From assembly GCA_029855935.1 (NCBI GenBank), contig JAGSHN010000005.1:142396-206395 (forward strand): DNA of 64,000 nt, read 5' to 3'. The notes beneath the pieces are model-generated. The model saw nothing but the letters and a program-made list of their open reading frames with translations. It did no database searches and had not been told where the DNA came from. The first letter of the stretch is position 1. Each line of letters opens with the position of its first letter. This DNA is from Candidatus Thorarchaeota archaeon. Its GTDB lineage: Archaea > Asgardarchaeota > Thorarchaeia > Thorarchaeales > Thorarchaeaceae. Both the position numbers and the translations under genes were made by a program. Shown in pieces: positions 38,776 through 48,109 of this stretch.

Positions 38776-38803
38776 TTACCAATGAAGTATTAGACAGAGG
38801 TAG
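38776..38803 (+). promoter_or_regulatory. Kink-turn in the rpl7ae 5' UTR
   Basis: TTACC-AAT-GA-A-GT-loop-AC-A-GA-GGTAG: C-stem, 3-nt bulge, tandem G.A pairs; covers the SD GAGGT. Confidence 0.7.
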
Positions 38804-38810
38804 TTGAAAC

Positions 38811-39182
38811 ATGCCGAAACCGAGTTTTGTTGACTGGGAACCCACAGAGGACCTCCAGAAGAAGGCTTTGCAGGCACTGGAGATGGCAAGGGATACGGGT
38901 CGTATCAAGAAGGGAATAAACGAAACGACCAAATCCATCGAGAGAGGCATTGCAAAACTGGTCCTTATTGCCGAGGATGTGGAACCTCAGGAGGTCATTA
39001 TGTACCTGCCTGGGCTGTGCGACGACAAGAACGTGCCCTATATCTTCGTAAAGAGCAAAAAGGATCTCGGTGCGGCTGCGGGAATTCAGCGACCCACAGC
39101 TGCTGCCTCGATTCTTGTTGAGGGTAAAGGAAAAGACCTTGTTGCCGATGTTGTAGACAAGATTGCTGCACTACGTAAGTGA
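38811..39182 (+). CDS. rpl7ae: Ribosomal/K-turn-binding protein L7Ae (eL8)
   Basis: KKGINETTKSIERG, IAEDVEP, LGAAAG. Confidence 0.96.
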   Translation: MPKPSFVDWEPTEDLQKKALQALEMARDTGRIKKGINETTKSIERGIAKLVLIAEDVEPQEVIMYLPGLCDDKNVPYIFVKSKKDLGAAAGIQRPTAAASILVEGKGKDLVADVVDKIAALRK

Positions 39183-39207
39183 AGATTGAAGTAGGTGATG
39201 GTTTTCA

Positions 39208-39432
39208 ATGAGTAAGGAAGCAGAGAAGGAGCCAGCCATCCCTGCCGAGGTCCTCGAACTGCTCGGTAGAACTGGCGTGACCGGGGAGATTACTCAGGTC
39301 AGGGTCAGGATACTTGAGGGCAGAGACGAGGGGCGTGTTCTCACACGCAACGTGAAGGGCCCCGTGCGTGTCGGGGACATTCTCATTCTACGGGAAACCG
39401 AGCGTGAGGCCCGCAAGATGAGGAGGCGCTAG
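39208..39432 (+). CDS. rps28e: Ribosomal protein eS28
   Basis: [25 protein letters not shown]. Confidence 0.96.
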   Translation: MSKEAEKEPAIPAEVLELLGRTGVTGEITQVRVRILEGRDEGRVLTRNVKGPVRVGDILILRETEREARKMRRR

Positions 39433-39434
39433 TC

Positions 39435-39632
39435 GTGGTTGGTACTCAGAAATGCGTCTTTTGCGGTCGAGACATCGAGCCGGGGACGGGCATTGCTTTT
39501 GTTAGAACAAAGGATGGGGCGGTGCTCTGGTTCTGTTCCAATAAATGCAAGGTTGCCAGTCTGAAGCGGGGGATGAAGCCCCGGGACACGAAGTGGACTG
39601 CAGAATACAAGAAAGGTGCAAGGGGCAAATAG
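39435..39632 (+). CDS. rpl24e: Ribosomal protein eL24
   Basis: CVFCG.DIEPGTG, FCSNKC, PR..KWT. Confidence 0.95.
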   Translation: MVGTQKCVFCGRDIEPGTGIAFVRTKDGAVLWFCSNKCKVASLKRGMKPRDTKWTAEYKKGARGK

Positions 39633-39682
39633 AGAGCGGAAGCAGAGTGACCCTTTGTCGCCATTTGGGCGTCGCTGACGAA

Positions 39683-39720
39683 GGAGCAAGGGCCCGTTGG
39701 GCCCCGTTGGGCCCCGCTCC
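39683..39720. terminator. GC hairpin with a 10-bp tandem repeat between convergent rpl24e and ndk
   Basis: GGAGC/GCTCC and GGGCCC/GGGCCC arms; about 2.5 copies of GGGCCCCGTT. Confidence 0.4.
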
Positions 39721-39747
39721 ATCACAAGTATAGCGATGAGATGCCGT

Positions 39748-40413
39748 TCATCCGCTCTTCGAAACCTCTTCCTTTACCAACGCGAAGATTGCCTCAGCTA
39801 GTTTCTCGACCTCATCGTCCTCCACATCGCGCGCGTCCTTGGCGATGAGGACCTCTAGCGACTCCAGAACCGAGGAACTAACATCATCACTATCTATTGC
39901 GTGCACAACAACCTCACGAATCTCGGATGTGTGATCAGAAGCCTCAGCTGTGTATCGTTCAATGTAGGTCAGCATCTCTTTTTCAGCTCCATCTGACTCC
40001 CGAACATTGCCCTCTCTGCTCCAGAGGTCAATCTCGGTGGCAGCCGTTTCTGGACTATCGGACGCATGGGCTATGTTGATGCCCCCCCAGATGCCATACC
40101 TACCACGCAGGGTGTCAGGTGGGGCCTTCTGCACGAATGTGGGCCCAAGTGCATCACGTATCCTCTGAATCGCATTCTCTCCCTCAAACACCAGCACAAG
40201 AACGCGTCCAGATGTGATGAACTGGACAAGCCAAGGAAAGAACGGCTTTCCTTTATGAACTGCATAATGCTTCTCGGCAAGCTCTTGAGAAACTCGCATC
40301 TCTCGAAAGGCACGGACCCTGAGGCCGAGTCCGTGAAGTGCTTCAATGACACGGGCTCCGACTGTCCTGCGTACTGCGCCATCAGGCTTGATTATGACAA
40401 GAGAACGTTCCAT
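39748..40413 (-). CDS. ndk: Nucleoside diphosphate kinase with acidic C-terminal extension
   Basis: MERSLVIIKPDG, HKGKPFF, LRGRYG, NIAHASDS. Confidence 0.93.
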   Translation of the reverse strand: MERSLVIIKPDGAVRRTVGARVIEALHGLGLRVRAFREMRVSQELAEKHYAVHKGKPFFPWLVQFITSGRVLVLVFEGENAIQRIRDALGPTFVQKAPPDTLRGRYGIWGGINIAHASDSPETAATEIDLWSREGNVRESDGAEKEMLTYIERYTAEASDHTSEIREVVVHAIDSDDVSSSVLESLEVLIAKDARDVEDDEVEKLAEAIFALVKEEVSKSG

Positions 40414-40553
40414 TCGATTCACCAACTTGATTCGTGCTTGCACCAAGGCAAAACGTGGCTTATTTTAGCATTGTGACGTCGCCAGTCTCTAAGGCAAGTT
40501 TCATATGCTCGCAGTAGTTGCCCGCTCATAGTTTAGTCAGCGAGGGCCTGCCA

Positions 40554-42350
40554 ATGAAGCCGTCAGAGAGAAACACGAGGGAACGACTTCGCTCGCCAAT
40601 TGTCACCGTCCTTGGTCACATAGACCACGGAAAGACTTCGCTCCTTGACAAGATGCGCGGAACAGCTGTGCAGCACAGGGAAGCGGCAGGAATAACCCAG
40701 CACATTGGCGCATCGTTTTTCCCCACTGAAACGATAATGTCCATATGTGGCAACCTCCTCAAGGCCATAAAGACCGAACTCAGGATAGATGGGTTGCTGT
40801 TCATAGATACCCCAGGACATGAAGCGTACCTGAACCTCCGCCGACGAGGCGGAGCCATAGCTGACATAGCAATATTGGTTATCGACATAAACGAGGGGCC
40901 CCTCACACAGACCTACGAGTCCCTGAAGATTCTGCGAGCTGGGAGGACGCCATTCCTAATTGCAGCGAACAAACTCGACAAGGTCCCCGGTTGGCAGCCA
41001 AAGCCTGAGCTTCCGCTGGTACAGGCAATTAAAGCACAGAGTAGGACCACCCAAGCAGAGATTGATCGGAGGCTCTATGAGATAGTTGGAGCGCTATCAG
41101 CAAATGGGATTCAGTCGGAGCGATTCGACAGGGTGAGGGACTTCACAAGGACTGTTGCCATTGTCCCCACAAGCGCGAAGACTGGTGAGGGAATTCCTGA
41201 GCTTCTCATGGTCTTGGCGGGACTGACGCAGCAATATATGAAGGAACGGCTCCGAGTGTCGACAGGTCCGGCAAAGGGTGTAGTTCTAGAAGTGAGGGAG
41301 GAAACTGGGTTGGGGGTCACACTAGACACAATTATCTATGACGGAGTGTTGCGAAAGACTGACACAATTGTCGTCGGGGGTCTTGAGGATGCCATTGTGG
41401 CGAAGATAAGGGCGCTCCTTCTACCAAAGCCACTCGATGAGATTCGTGATCCAAGGGAGAGGTTCACACAGGTCGATGAGATACACGCTGCAGCAGGAGT
41501 TAAGATAGTTTCGCCAGACATTCAGGGAGCAGTGGCGGGAGCACCCATTTATGGGGTCGGCGAAACAGATGATATCGAGGAGATTAAGCAGAAAGTCCGC
41601 GATGAGGTGGGCGCTGTCAGAATCCATCGCGACTCATCGGGTATCGTTGTCAAGGCTGACACCCTGGGGTCGCTAGAGGCTGTGACACAGTTCCTTCAAG
41701 AGAGAAAGATACCCGTGCGAGTCGCGGATGTGGGGCCAATTGTGAAACGTGACATAATCGAGGCAAGTGCGGCAGGGGAAACTGACCCACTTAATGCTGT
41801 TGTCCTAGGATTCAATGTCAAGGTAGCTCCCGGTATTGAGGACCTTGCCGCAGAATACGGAGTAGAGATATTCGTCAGTGATGTCATATATCGCCTCTAT
41901 GACGAGTATTACGCTTGGCTTATTGTCAAGAGGGAACAAGCCAAGGCTAAAACTCTGGGCCACATGATACGGCCAGGAAAGATAGAGATTCTCCCAGACT
42001 ACGTATTTCGAAACAAGGATCCAGCAATCGTAGGAGTCCGGGTTCACGGCATAATCCGTCCCAAGACTGCACTGATAAATGCTGAGGGGCGCCGTATTGG
42101 TACAATCCTCCAGATTCAAGACAGAGGTGTGGCGATAGAGGAGGCTACTGACGGAATGGAGGTGGCAGTATCCATTAGGGGGCCAACCATTGGGAGACAG
42201 GTGAAGCCTAGTGAAACCCTGTATGTTGATGTGCCTGACAAGCACATTCAGGCACTCCGCAAGAAGTTCAGGGAGGAGCTGAGTCAATCCGAGCTAGAGA
42301 TTCTAGAAGAGATTATCCGCATTAAGAGAGCGGCAGGGGCGTTGATATAG
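40554..42350 (+). CDS. infB: Translation initiation factor aIF5B/IF-2
   Basis: LRSPIV.VLGHIDHGKT, GITQHIGA, DTPGHE, NKLD, KADTLGSLEA. Confidence 0.97.
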   Translation: MKPSERNTRERLRSPIVTVLGHIDHGKTSLLDKMRGTAVQHREAAGITQHIGASFFPTETIMSICGNLLKAIKTELRIDGLLFIDTPGHEAYLNLRRRGGAIADIAILVIDINEGPLTQTYESLKILRAGRTPFLIAANKLDKVPGWQPKPELPLVQAIKAQSRTTQAEIDRRLYEIVGALSANGIQSERFDRVRDFTRTVAIVPTSAKTGEGIPELLMVLAGLTQQYMKERLRVSTGPAKGVVLEVREETGLGVTLDTIIYDGVLRKTDTIVVGGLEDAIVAKIRALLLPKPLDEIRDPRERFTQVDEIHAAAGVKIVSPDIQGAVAGAPIYGVGETDDIEEIKQKVRDEVGAVRIHRDSSGIVVKADTLGSLEAVTQFLQERKIPVRVADVGPIVKRDIIEASAAGETDPLNAVVLGFNVKVAPGIEDLAAEYGVEIFVSDVIYRLYDEYYAWLIVKREQAKAKTLGHMIRPGKIEILPDYVFRNKDPAIVGVRVHGIIRPKTALINAEGRRIGTILQIQDRGVAIEEATDGMEVAVSIRGPTIGRQVKPSETLYVDVPDKHIQALRKKFREELSQSELEILEEIIRIKRAAGALI

Positions 42351-42468
42351 CGCGCGAATCAGGCACCCACTCGGTTTCACCACTGTGGGGAGAAACAATA
42401 CGAAAAAGAATCGAACACGGGCCACTAGGGCCCGGTTCACGTGTACACGTGTTTGTTCTACGATGGAG

Positions 42469-43776
42469 CTACTTGCCACGCGGTGTGATGTCAAGTACCA
42501 CACCGACAGCGACCGTCATGCCCATATCTCGAACAGCGAATCGACCAAGTTGAGGAATCTCCTTGTACTTCTCAATGACCATAGGCTTGAGGGGTACAAG
42601 CTTTGCAATCATCGACTCGCCTCTCTTGACGAAGTCAGGGTTCTCCTGAATCACCTGACCTGTGCGCTGGTCGATCTTCTTCAGTAGCTCCTCAAATCGG
42701 CACGCCACCTGAGCCGTGTGAGCATGGACGACTGGCGTATACCCCTTCGTGATTGCCGTCGGATGCTGGATGACCATAATCTGCCCGGTGAAGTCGGCAG
42801 CGACCGTGGGCGGAGTATCAGCATGACCTGCAACATCACCGCGTCCGAGGTCCTTTCGCTCAATGCCACGAACGTTGAATCCTATGTTGTCACCGGGGAC
42901 AGCCTGATCCAGCTGCTCATGATGCATCTCAATAGACTTGACCTCGCCAGTCTTGTTCGGCGGCATGAATGTAACCTTGTCGCCAGGCCTGAGAATGCCC
43001 GTTTCAACACGACCGACAGGTACGGTGCCGACACCCTTGATCGAGTACACGTCGTTGATTGGGATTCGCAAGGGCTTATCGACGGGCTTCGGCGGAGGCT
43101 CGACCAAGTCAAGCGCCTCCAGCAGACAAGGCCCATCGTACCAGGGGGTCAGATCGGGTGTTCGTTCCTTCAAGTTGGCCGCGTCGAGAGCCGAGGTTGG
43201 AATGAAGGGAATCTTATCGGTCTTGTAGCCGATACTCTTAAGGAATGATTCAACCTCTTCCTTGACCTCTTTGTAGCGCTCCTCGCTGTACTTGACGCTC
43301 TCGTCATCCATCTTGTTGATACAGACAATCATACTGGGAACGCCGAGCGTCATCGCGAGATACGCATGCTCCTTTGTCTGACCACCAGGACCAATTCCGG
43401 CCTCAAACTCGCCCTTCTTGGCAGACACGACCAGCAGGGCCACATCAGCCTGCGATGCGCCAGTGATCATGTTCTTGATGAAGTCCTTGTGACCGGGCGC
43501 ATCGATGATGGTGTAGTAGTACCTTTTCGTCATGAACTTGAAGAAGGCGATGTCAATCGTGAGGCCACGCTCCCGTTCCTCCTTGAGACGGTCCAGCGCA
43601 AAAGCCCATGCCCAGCTGGGCCGCCCAAGTTTCTCAGCTTCGGCCTTATACTGCTGGAACGTACGTTCGTCAACAGCGCCTGTTTCGTATAGGAGCCTGC
43701 CAGTCATCGTGCTCTTGCCGTGGTCAACATGACCGATGACGACGAGATTCAGGTGCTCCTTCTCTTTCTTGGACAA
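42469..43776 (-). CDS. tuf: Elongation factor 1-alpha
   Basis: GHVDHGKST, ERERGLTID, DAPGH, NKMD, LGRFAVRDMG; TTG start after AAGGAG. Confidence 0.98.
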   Translation of the reverse strand: MSKKEKEHLNLVVIGHVDHGKSTMTGRLLYETGAVDERTFQQYKAEAEKLGRPSWAWAFALDRLKEERERGLTIDIAFFKFMTKRYYYTIIDAPGHKDFIKNMITGASQADVALLVVSAKKGEFEAGIGPGGQTKEHAYLAMTLGVPSMIVCINKMDDESVKYSEERYKEVKEEVESFLKSIGYKTDKIPFIPTSALDAANLKERTPDLTPWYDGPCLLEALDLVEPPPKPVDKPLRIPINDVYSIKGVGTVPVGRVETGILRPGDKVTFMPPNKTGEVKSIEMHHEQLDQAVPGDNIGFNVRGIERKDLGRGDVAGHADTPPTVAADFTGQIMVIQHPTAITKGYTPVVHAHTAQVACRFEELLKKIDQRTGQVIQENPDFVKRGESMIAKLVPLKPMVIEKYKEIPQLGRFAVRDMGMTVAVGVVLDITPRGK

Positions 43777-43985
43777 GGCATTAGTCTCCTTTCTCTTTTT
43801 TAGTCGGTTCACTGAACCGGGACTCTGGTCAACCCTTCGTGAGATGCTTTTAACGCTTTCGACAATACACATTGACCAAGTCGCGGAACTGGCGACCTGA
43901 CCAAGAGAATGACTCTAGGACAAAGGAGAACTGGATGAATTGAGAAACAAGAGAACAGGGAATGCTACAAGGGTGGCATTGAGAG

Positions 43986-44101
43986 TGGCGCCGGGGGAGG
44001 GATTTGTCCCAAGTTGGCCACAGTCCAACTCGTTTGAACCCTCGCGTGCGGAGCACACCAACTTAGCAGGCTGGCTCCTTACCAGGCTAGGAAACCCCGG
44101 C
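43986..44101 (-). tRNA. tRNA-Ser(GCT) with 30-nt T-loop intron (58/59; ~44004-44033)
   Basis: GCCGGGG/CCCCGGC, anticodon CCAGC-CTGCTAA-GTTGG, long variable arm, BHB GTTC/GGAC with AAA bulges; CCA encoded. Confidence 0.92.
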
Positions 44102-44174
44102 AGCGTGACAAAGGCCCTTGAATCCTCTCTTAAACATTGCCGTAGTATCGCGGGTCAAAACTAGGTCTATGAGG

Positions 44175-44489
44175 TGCAGCGGCCCCTTGGCCTCGAGCGT
44201 CCCTCGCCTTGGCGCGATCTCGCACCTTTCTCGGAGCGGCTACCTCCGAGGCTCCACCACTCCTCCTTAGGGCTGTTCCCGCCAGGGCCTGACCCGGTTC
44301 GGAGGTCTAAGCCAATCCCAGCAGTCCTACAACCGCCGTTATGGCCGTGGCAGACTTCGGAGACCGCCCGTCATGGTCTAGTGCGAGGGCGCACAAGGCT
44401 TGGGTTTCGCCCTCAGCCTCGGTTACTGGTCCCGGCTATTGCCATACCGGTCACAGGTCGCGGCAAACGACCCGACCCTACCCGCTGCA
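44175..44489 (-). ncRNA. ffs: Archaeal SRP (7S) RNA
   Basis: 315 nt closed by TGCAGCGG/CCGCTGCA; helix 8 AACCGGGTCAGGCCC-TGGC-GGGAACAGCCCTAAG; TTTTTA ~25 nt upstream. Confidence 0.88.
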
Positions 44490-44582
44490 ATAGGAGGTTC
44501 GTGGACTTGTGCCTAAAAACGTTGTCAAACAGTAGGATTCTTACTCTATGAATCGTACCCGCAACGAGAGCCCAGATAGGAA

Positions 44583-44777
44583 GTGATTCTGACGGAACAG
44601 GGAGATGGGTCTCTGAGGCGACTAGTACTGCTGATATTGTTGATTCTGCTGCTGACATCTCCAGGAACGCTCTTGGTCTTTCTCTCGCTGGGACCGATGG
44701 ACCCATTGCCCCTATTGATTATGTGGCCAGTCGGCATTGCGTTCGTTGCATGGTGGATACGAAAGACACGGAGGTAG
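44583..44777 (+). CDS. Small two-TM hypothetical membrane protein
   Basis: Two hydrophobic segments and a basic tail RKTRR; fills the gap between SRP RNA and rps7. Confidence 0.5.
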   Translation: MILTEQGDGSLRRLVLLILLILLLTSPGTLLVFLSLGPMDPLPLLIMWPVGIAFVAWWIRKTRR

Positions 44778-44804
44778 TATGAGCGAAGAGGGCAATCCTC
44801 TACT

Positions 44805-45479
44805 CTACCGTGCCGACCGCGCGACACGCTCACGCTCATCTTTCCTGGCAATTGCAAAACTCGCGGAATCGCCCTTGTAAGCCAAGAGCAACTCGTCCAC
44901 GATGCACTCCTCATACGACTTGGCACTGTTATGGGCATTGCGGGTCGCTCCAACAGCAAGATACCGTAATGCGAGATCAATTCTTCGCTGAGGGGCAACA
45001 TCTACCGAGCGGGGATAGGCCATTCCACCATAGGATATTCGTGTTGTTTCTTCTGCGGGGGCGGCATTCTCCACAGCTGTGACTAGCACCTGAATGGGGT
45101 TGAGGCCCGTTCGGTGATCAATCATCTCGAAGACACGTCGTAGGATACCTATCGCACGGGCCTTCTTGCCAGAACCGCGACCAGTGCGCGTCTTCTTCTC
45201 TTTCCGCGAACCGGCATTCATTAGCTTGTTGACGAATCGTTCAACAATTGGTACTTTCGACTTGTGGAAACGGTGGTTGGCATGCCGACCAGCTGTGTGT
45301 GGTATCAGTACGGGTTTGAGAGATATGTATCGCTGGAGGCCGATATCGCGCACTTGAACCTCAGAGGGGTTCCACTTGCCGAATAGCAGGAGATGAGGTG
45401 TTTCATGTTTTGCATCGTCAGTCGTTTCAGATGACGCAGCAGGAGTCGTATGTTCTTTGTCGGACATGACGTGCATCAC
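44805..45479 (-). CDS. rps7: Ribosomal protein uS7
   Basis: LFGKW, PHTAGRH, NPIQVL..AVENAAP.EE, VDVAPQRR, ERERVA.SAR. Confidence 0.96.
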   Translation of the reverse strand: MMHVMSDKEHTTPAASSETTDDAKHETPHLLLFGKWNPSEVQVRDIGLQRYISLKPVLIPHTAGRHANHRFHKSKVPIVERFVNKLMNAGSRKEKKTRTGRGSGKKARAIGILRRVFEMIDHRTGLNPIQVLVTAVENAAPAEETTRISYGGMAYPRSVDVAPQRRIDLALRYLAVGATRNAHNSAKSYEECIVDELLLAYKGDSASFAIARKDERERVARSAR

Positions 45480-45481
45480 CC

Positions 45482-45925
45482 TTATCTAATCGGTTTCTCG
45501 GCCTTGCCATAGATCAGCGACTCTAGACTGACACCATTGACCTTGAAGACGCGCCATCGAACACCAGGCAGATCACCGATAGCACCACCCATAGCGCCAC
45601 CAATCCCCTCGACTAACACGGTGTCATGCTCGTCGATGAACTTCAGGCCCCCATCACCGGGTACAAACGCCGTAATCTGCTTGCCGTTTTTTGAGAGCTG
45701 AACACGGACGCACTTGCGGATTGCAGAGTTGGGCTGTTTGCTCTCGACGCCCACTTTCTCCAGCACAATTCCCCTCGCCTGAGGAGCGCCCTCTAGTGGA
45801 TCGGTCTTCCGCTTCAGCTTGAGCATTCGTCTCTTGTAGCTCGACTTCTTCCAGCGAAACCTCTTTCGCTTGACTCGGAGGGGTCGCGCTGCAAACTCTC
45901 CTAGCGGACTCTTGGACCTGGTCAC
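45482..45925 (-). CDS. rps12: Ribosomal protein uS12
   Basis: [28 protein letters not shown]. Confidence 0.97.
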   Translation of the reverse strand: MTRSKSPLGEFAARPLRVKRKRFRWKKSSYKRRMLKLKRKTDPLEGAPQARGIVLEKVGVESKQPNSAIRKCVRVQLSKNGKQITAFVPGDGGLKFIDEHDTVLVEGIGGAMGGAIGDLPGVRWRVFKVNGVSLESLIYGKAEKPIR

Positions 45926-45993
45926 ATAATCTACCTCTGTCGAGATTTGTGGCTTAACGTATGGATGGTTCAGTGCTTCGCCCTGTCATAGAC

Positions 45994-46006
45994 TTAAAAG
46001 GATTAT
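45994..46006 (-). promoter_or_regulatory. BRE-TATA-like element ATAATCCTTTTAA upstream of rps12
   Basis: Copy of the recurring 13-mer. Confidence 0.55.
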
Positions 46007-46039
46007 GAACATGACCCATCCTTGATGATAGAGGAGGGC

Positions 46040-46474
46040 TCACACTATTACCACATTGTCGAGGCCGAAATGGCGTTTGGCAAGTATTCGGGCCCGCGCT
46101 ACGTTCCGCCCATCACGGCCGATGGCTATTCCACGATCCTCTTCTTTGACCGTGACTTGGGCAATACGGGCTCCATTCCGACCACGGACTATCTTGACCT
46201 CTTCCACACGAGCAGGCGAGAGGGCACCCTTGACGAACTCCTCGGGCGTGTCGGCCATTTCCACAACATCAATGACCCTTCCGAAGGCCTCTGATGCATT
46301 TCGGACATTCGCACCACCACGACCTATTGCACGACCAAGCTGTTTCGGACGAACAACGAAAATCAGGCGGTTGGCCTCGTCGTCCCTGACAACATCCACC
46401 GCAGAGGCGCCAGTAATACGCTCAAATGTTGCTATGAGGGCCATGTCCTCCATAGAGAGTCGCACCCGAGGCAT
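46040..46474 (-). CDS. nusA: Archaeal NusA (two KH domains)
   Basis: FERITGA, AIGRGGANV, AIGRDGRNV. Confidence 0.94.
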   Translation of the reverse strand: MPRVRLSMEDMALIATFERITGASAVDVVRDDEANRLIFVVRPKQLGRAIGRGGANVRNASEAFGRVIDVVEMADTPEEFVKGALSPARVEEVKIVRGRNGARIAQVTVKEEDRGIAIGRDGRNVARARILAKRHFGLDNVVIV

Positions 46475-46483
46475 ATGACCGCC

Positions 46484-46771
46484 TCACACCATCTCTAGAA
46501 TCTTAGAGTCACCAGGATCGATTATTGCAATGGCTGACACCATAAAGGGTTTCCCGATGACTTCGCCAAGATCCCAAGAGGTGCCATTGAATTTGTAGAC
46601 CCGGGTGTTGGTCATCTGTGCATACCGTTCGATGTCCTCGTAGTGCTCTCGGGGGCAATTAGAGGCGACAACTATTAGCTTGGCCGCTCCCTTTCTCAAC
46701 GCATCAATTGATGACCTTGCGCCAATTCGGCACTGGCCCGTACTTACTGCACTTGCAATCGGCTGATTCAT
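46484..46771 (-). CDS. rpl30e: Ribosomal protein eL30
   Basis: AKLIVVASNCP, GT.WDLG...GKPF.VS, DPGDS. Confidence 0.94.
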   Translation of the reverse strand: MNQPIASAVSTGQCRIGARSSIDALRKGAAKLIVVASNCPREHYEDIERYAQMTNTRVYKFNGTSWDLGEVIGKPFMVSAIAIIDPGDSKILEMV

Positions 46772-46903
46772 GCTCAATTCTGATGACCTCACATCATAAT
46801 TATCATTCATTCCACTGGATGGCCAACCCGACCAAACCAGTTATGGTTTTAATGCTTGCGCCGCGACACATCTTGGGGAAACTGTTATCTATGAGTGTCA
46901 TCA

Positions 46904-48103
<1,200 letters not shown>

Positions 48104-48109
48104 TCACTC

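Noticed and set aside
42428-42451. Palindrome CACGTGTACACGTG and adjacent hairpin after tuf
   Set aside because: Single occurrence in a convergent 3' region; most simply termination-related or chance.
46780-46825. Possible K-turn/K-junction in the rpl30e leader (TGGCC..AATGA..GTGA-GGTCA)
   Set aside because: The NC stem is weak and the C-stem needs a three-way junction; not supportable without covariation.
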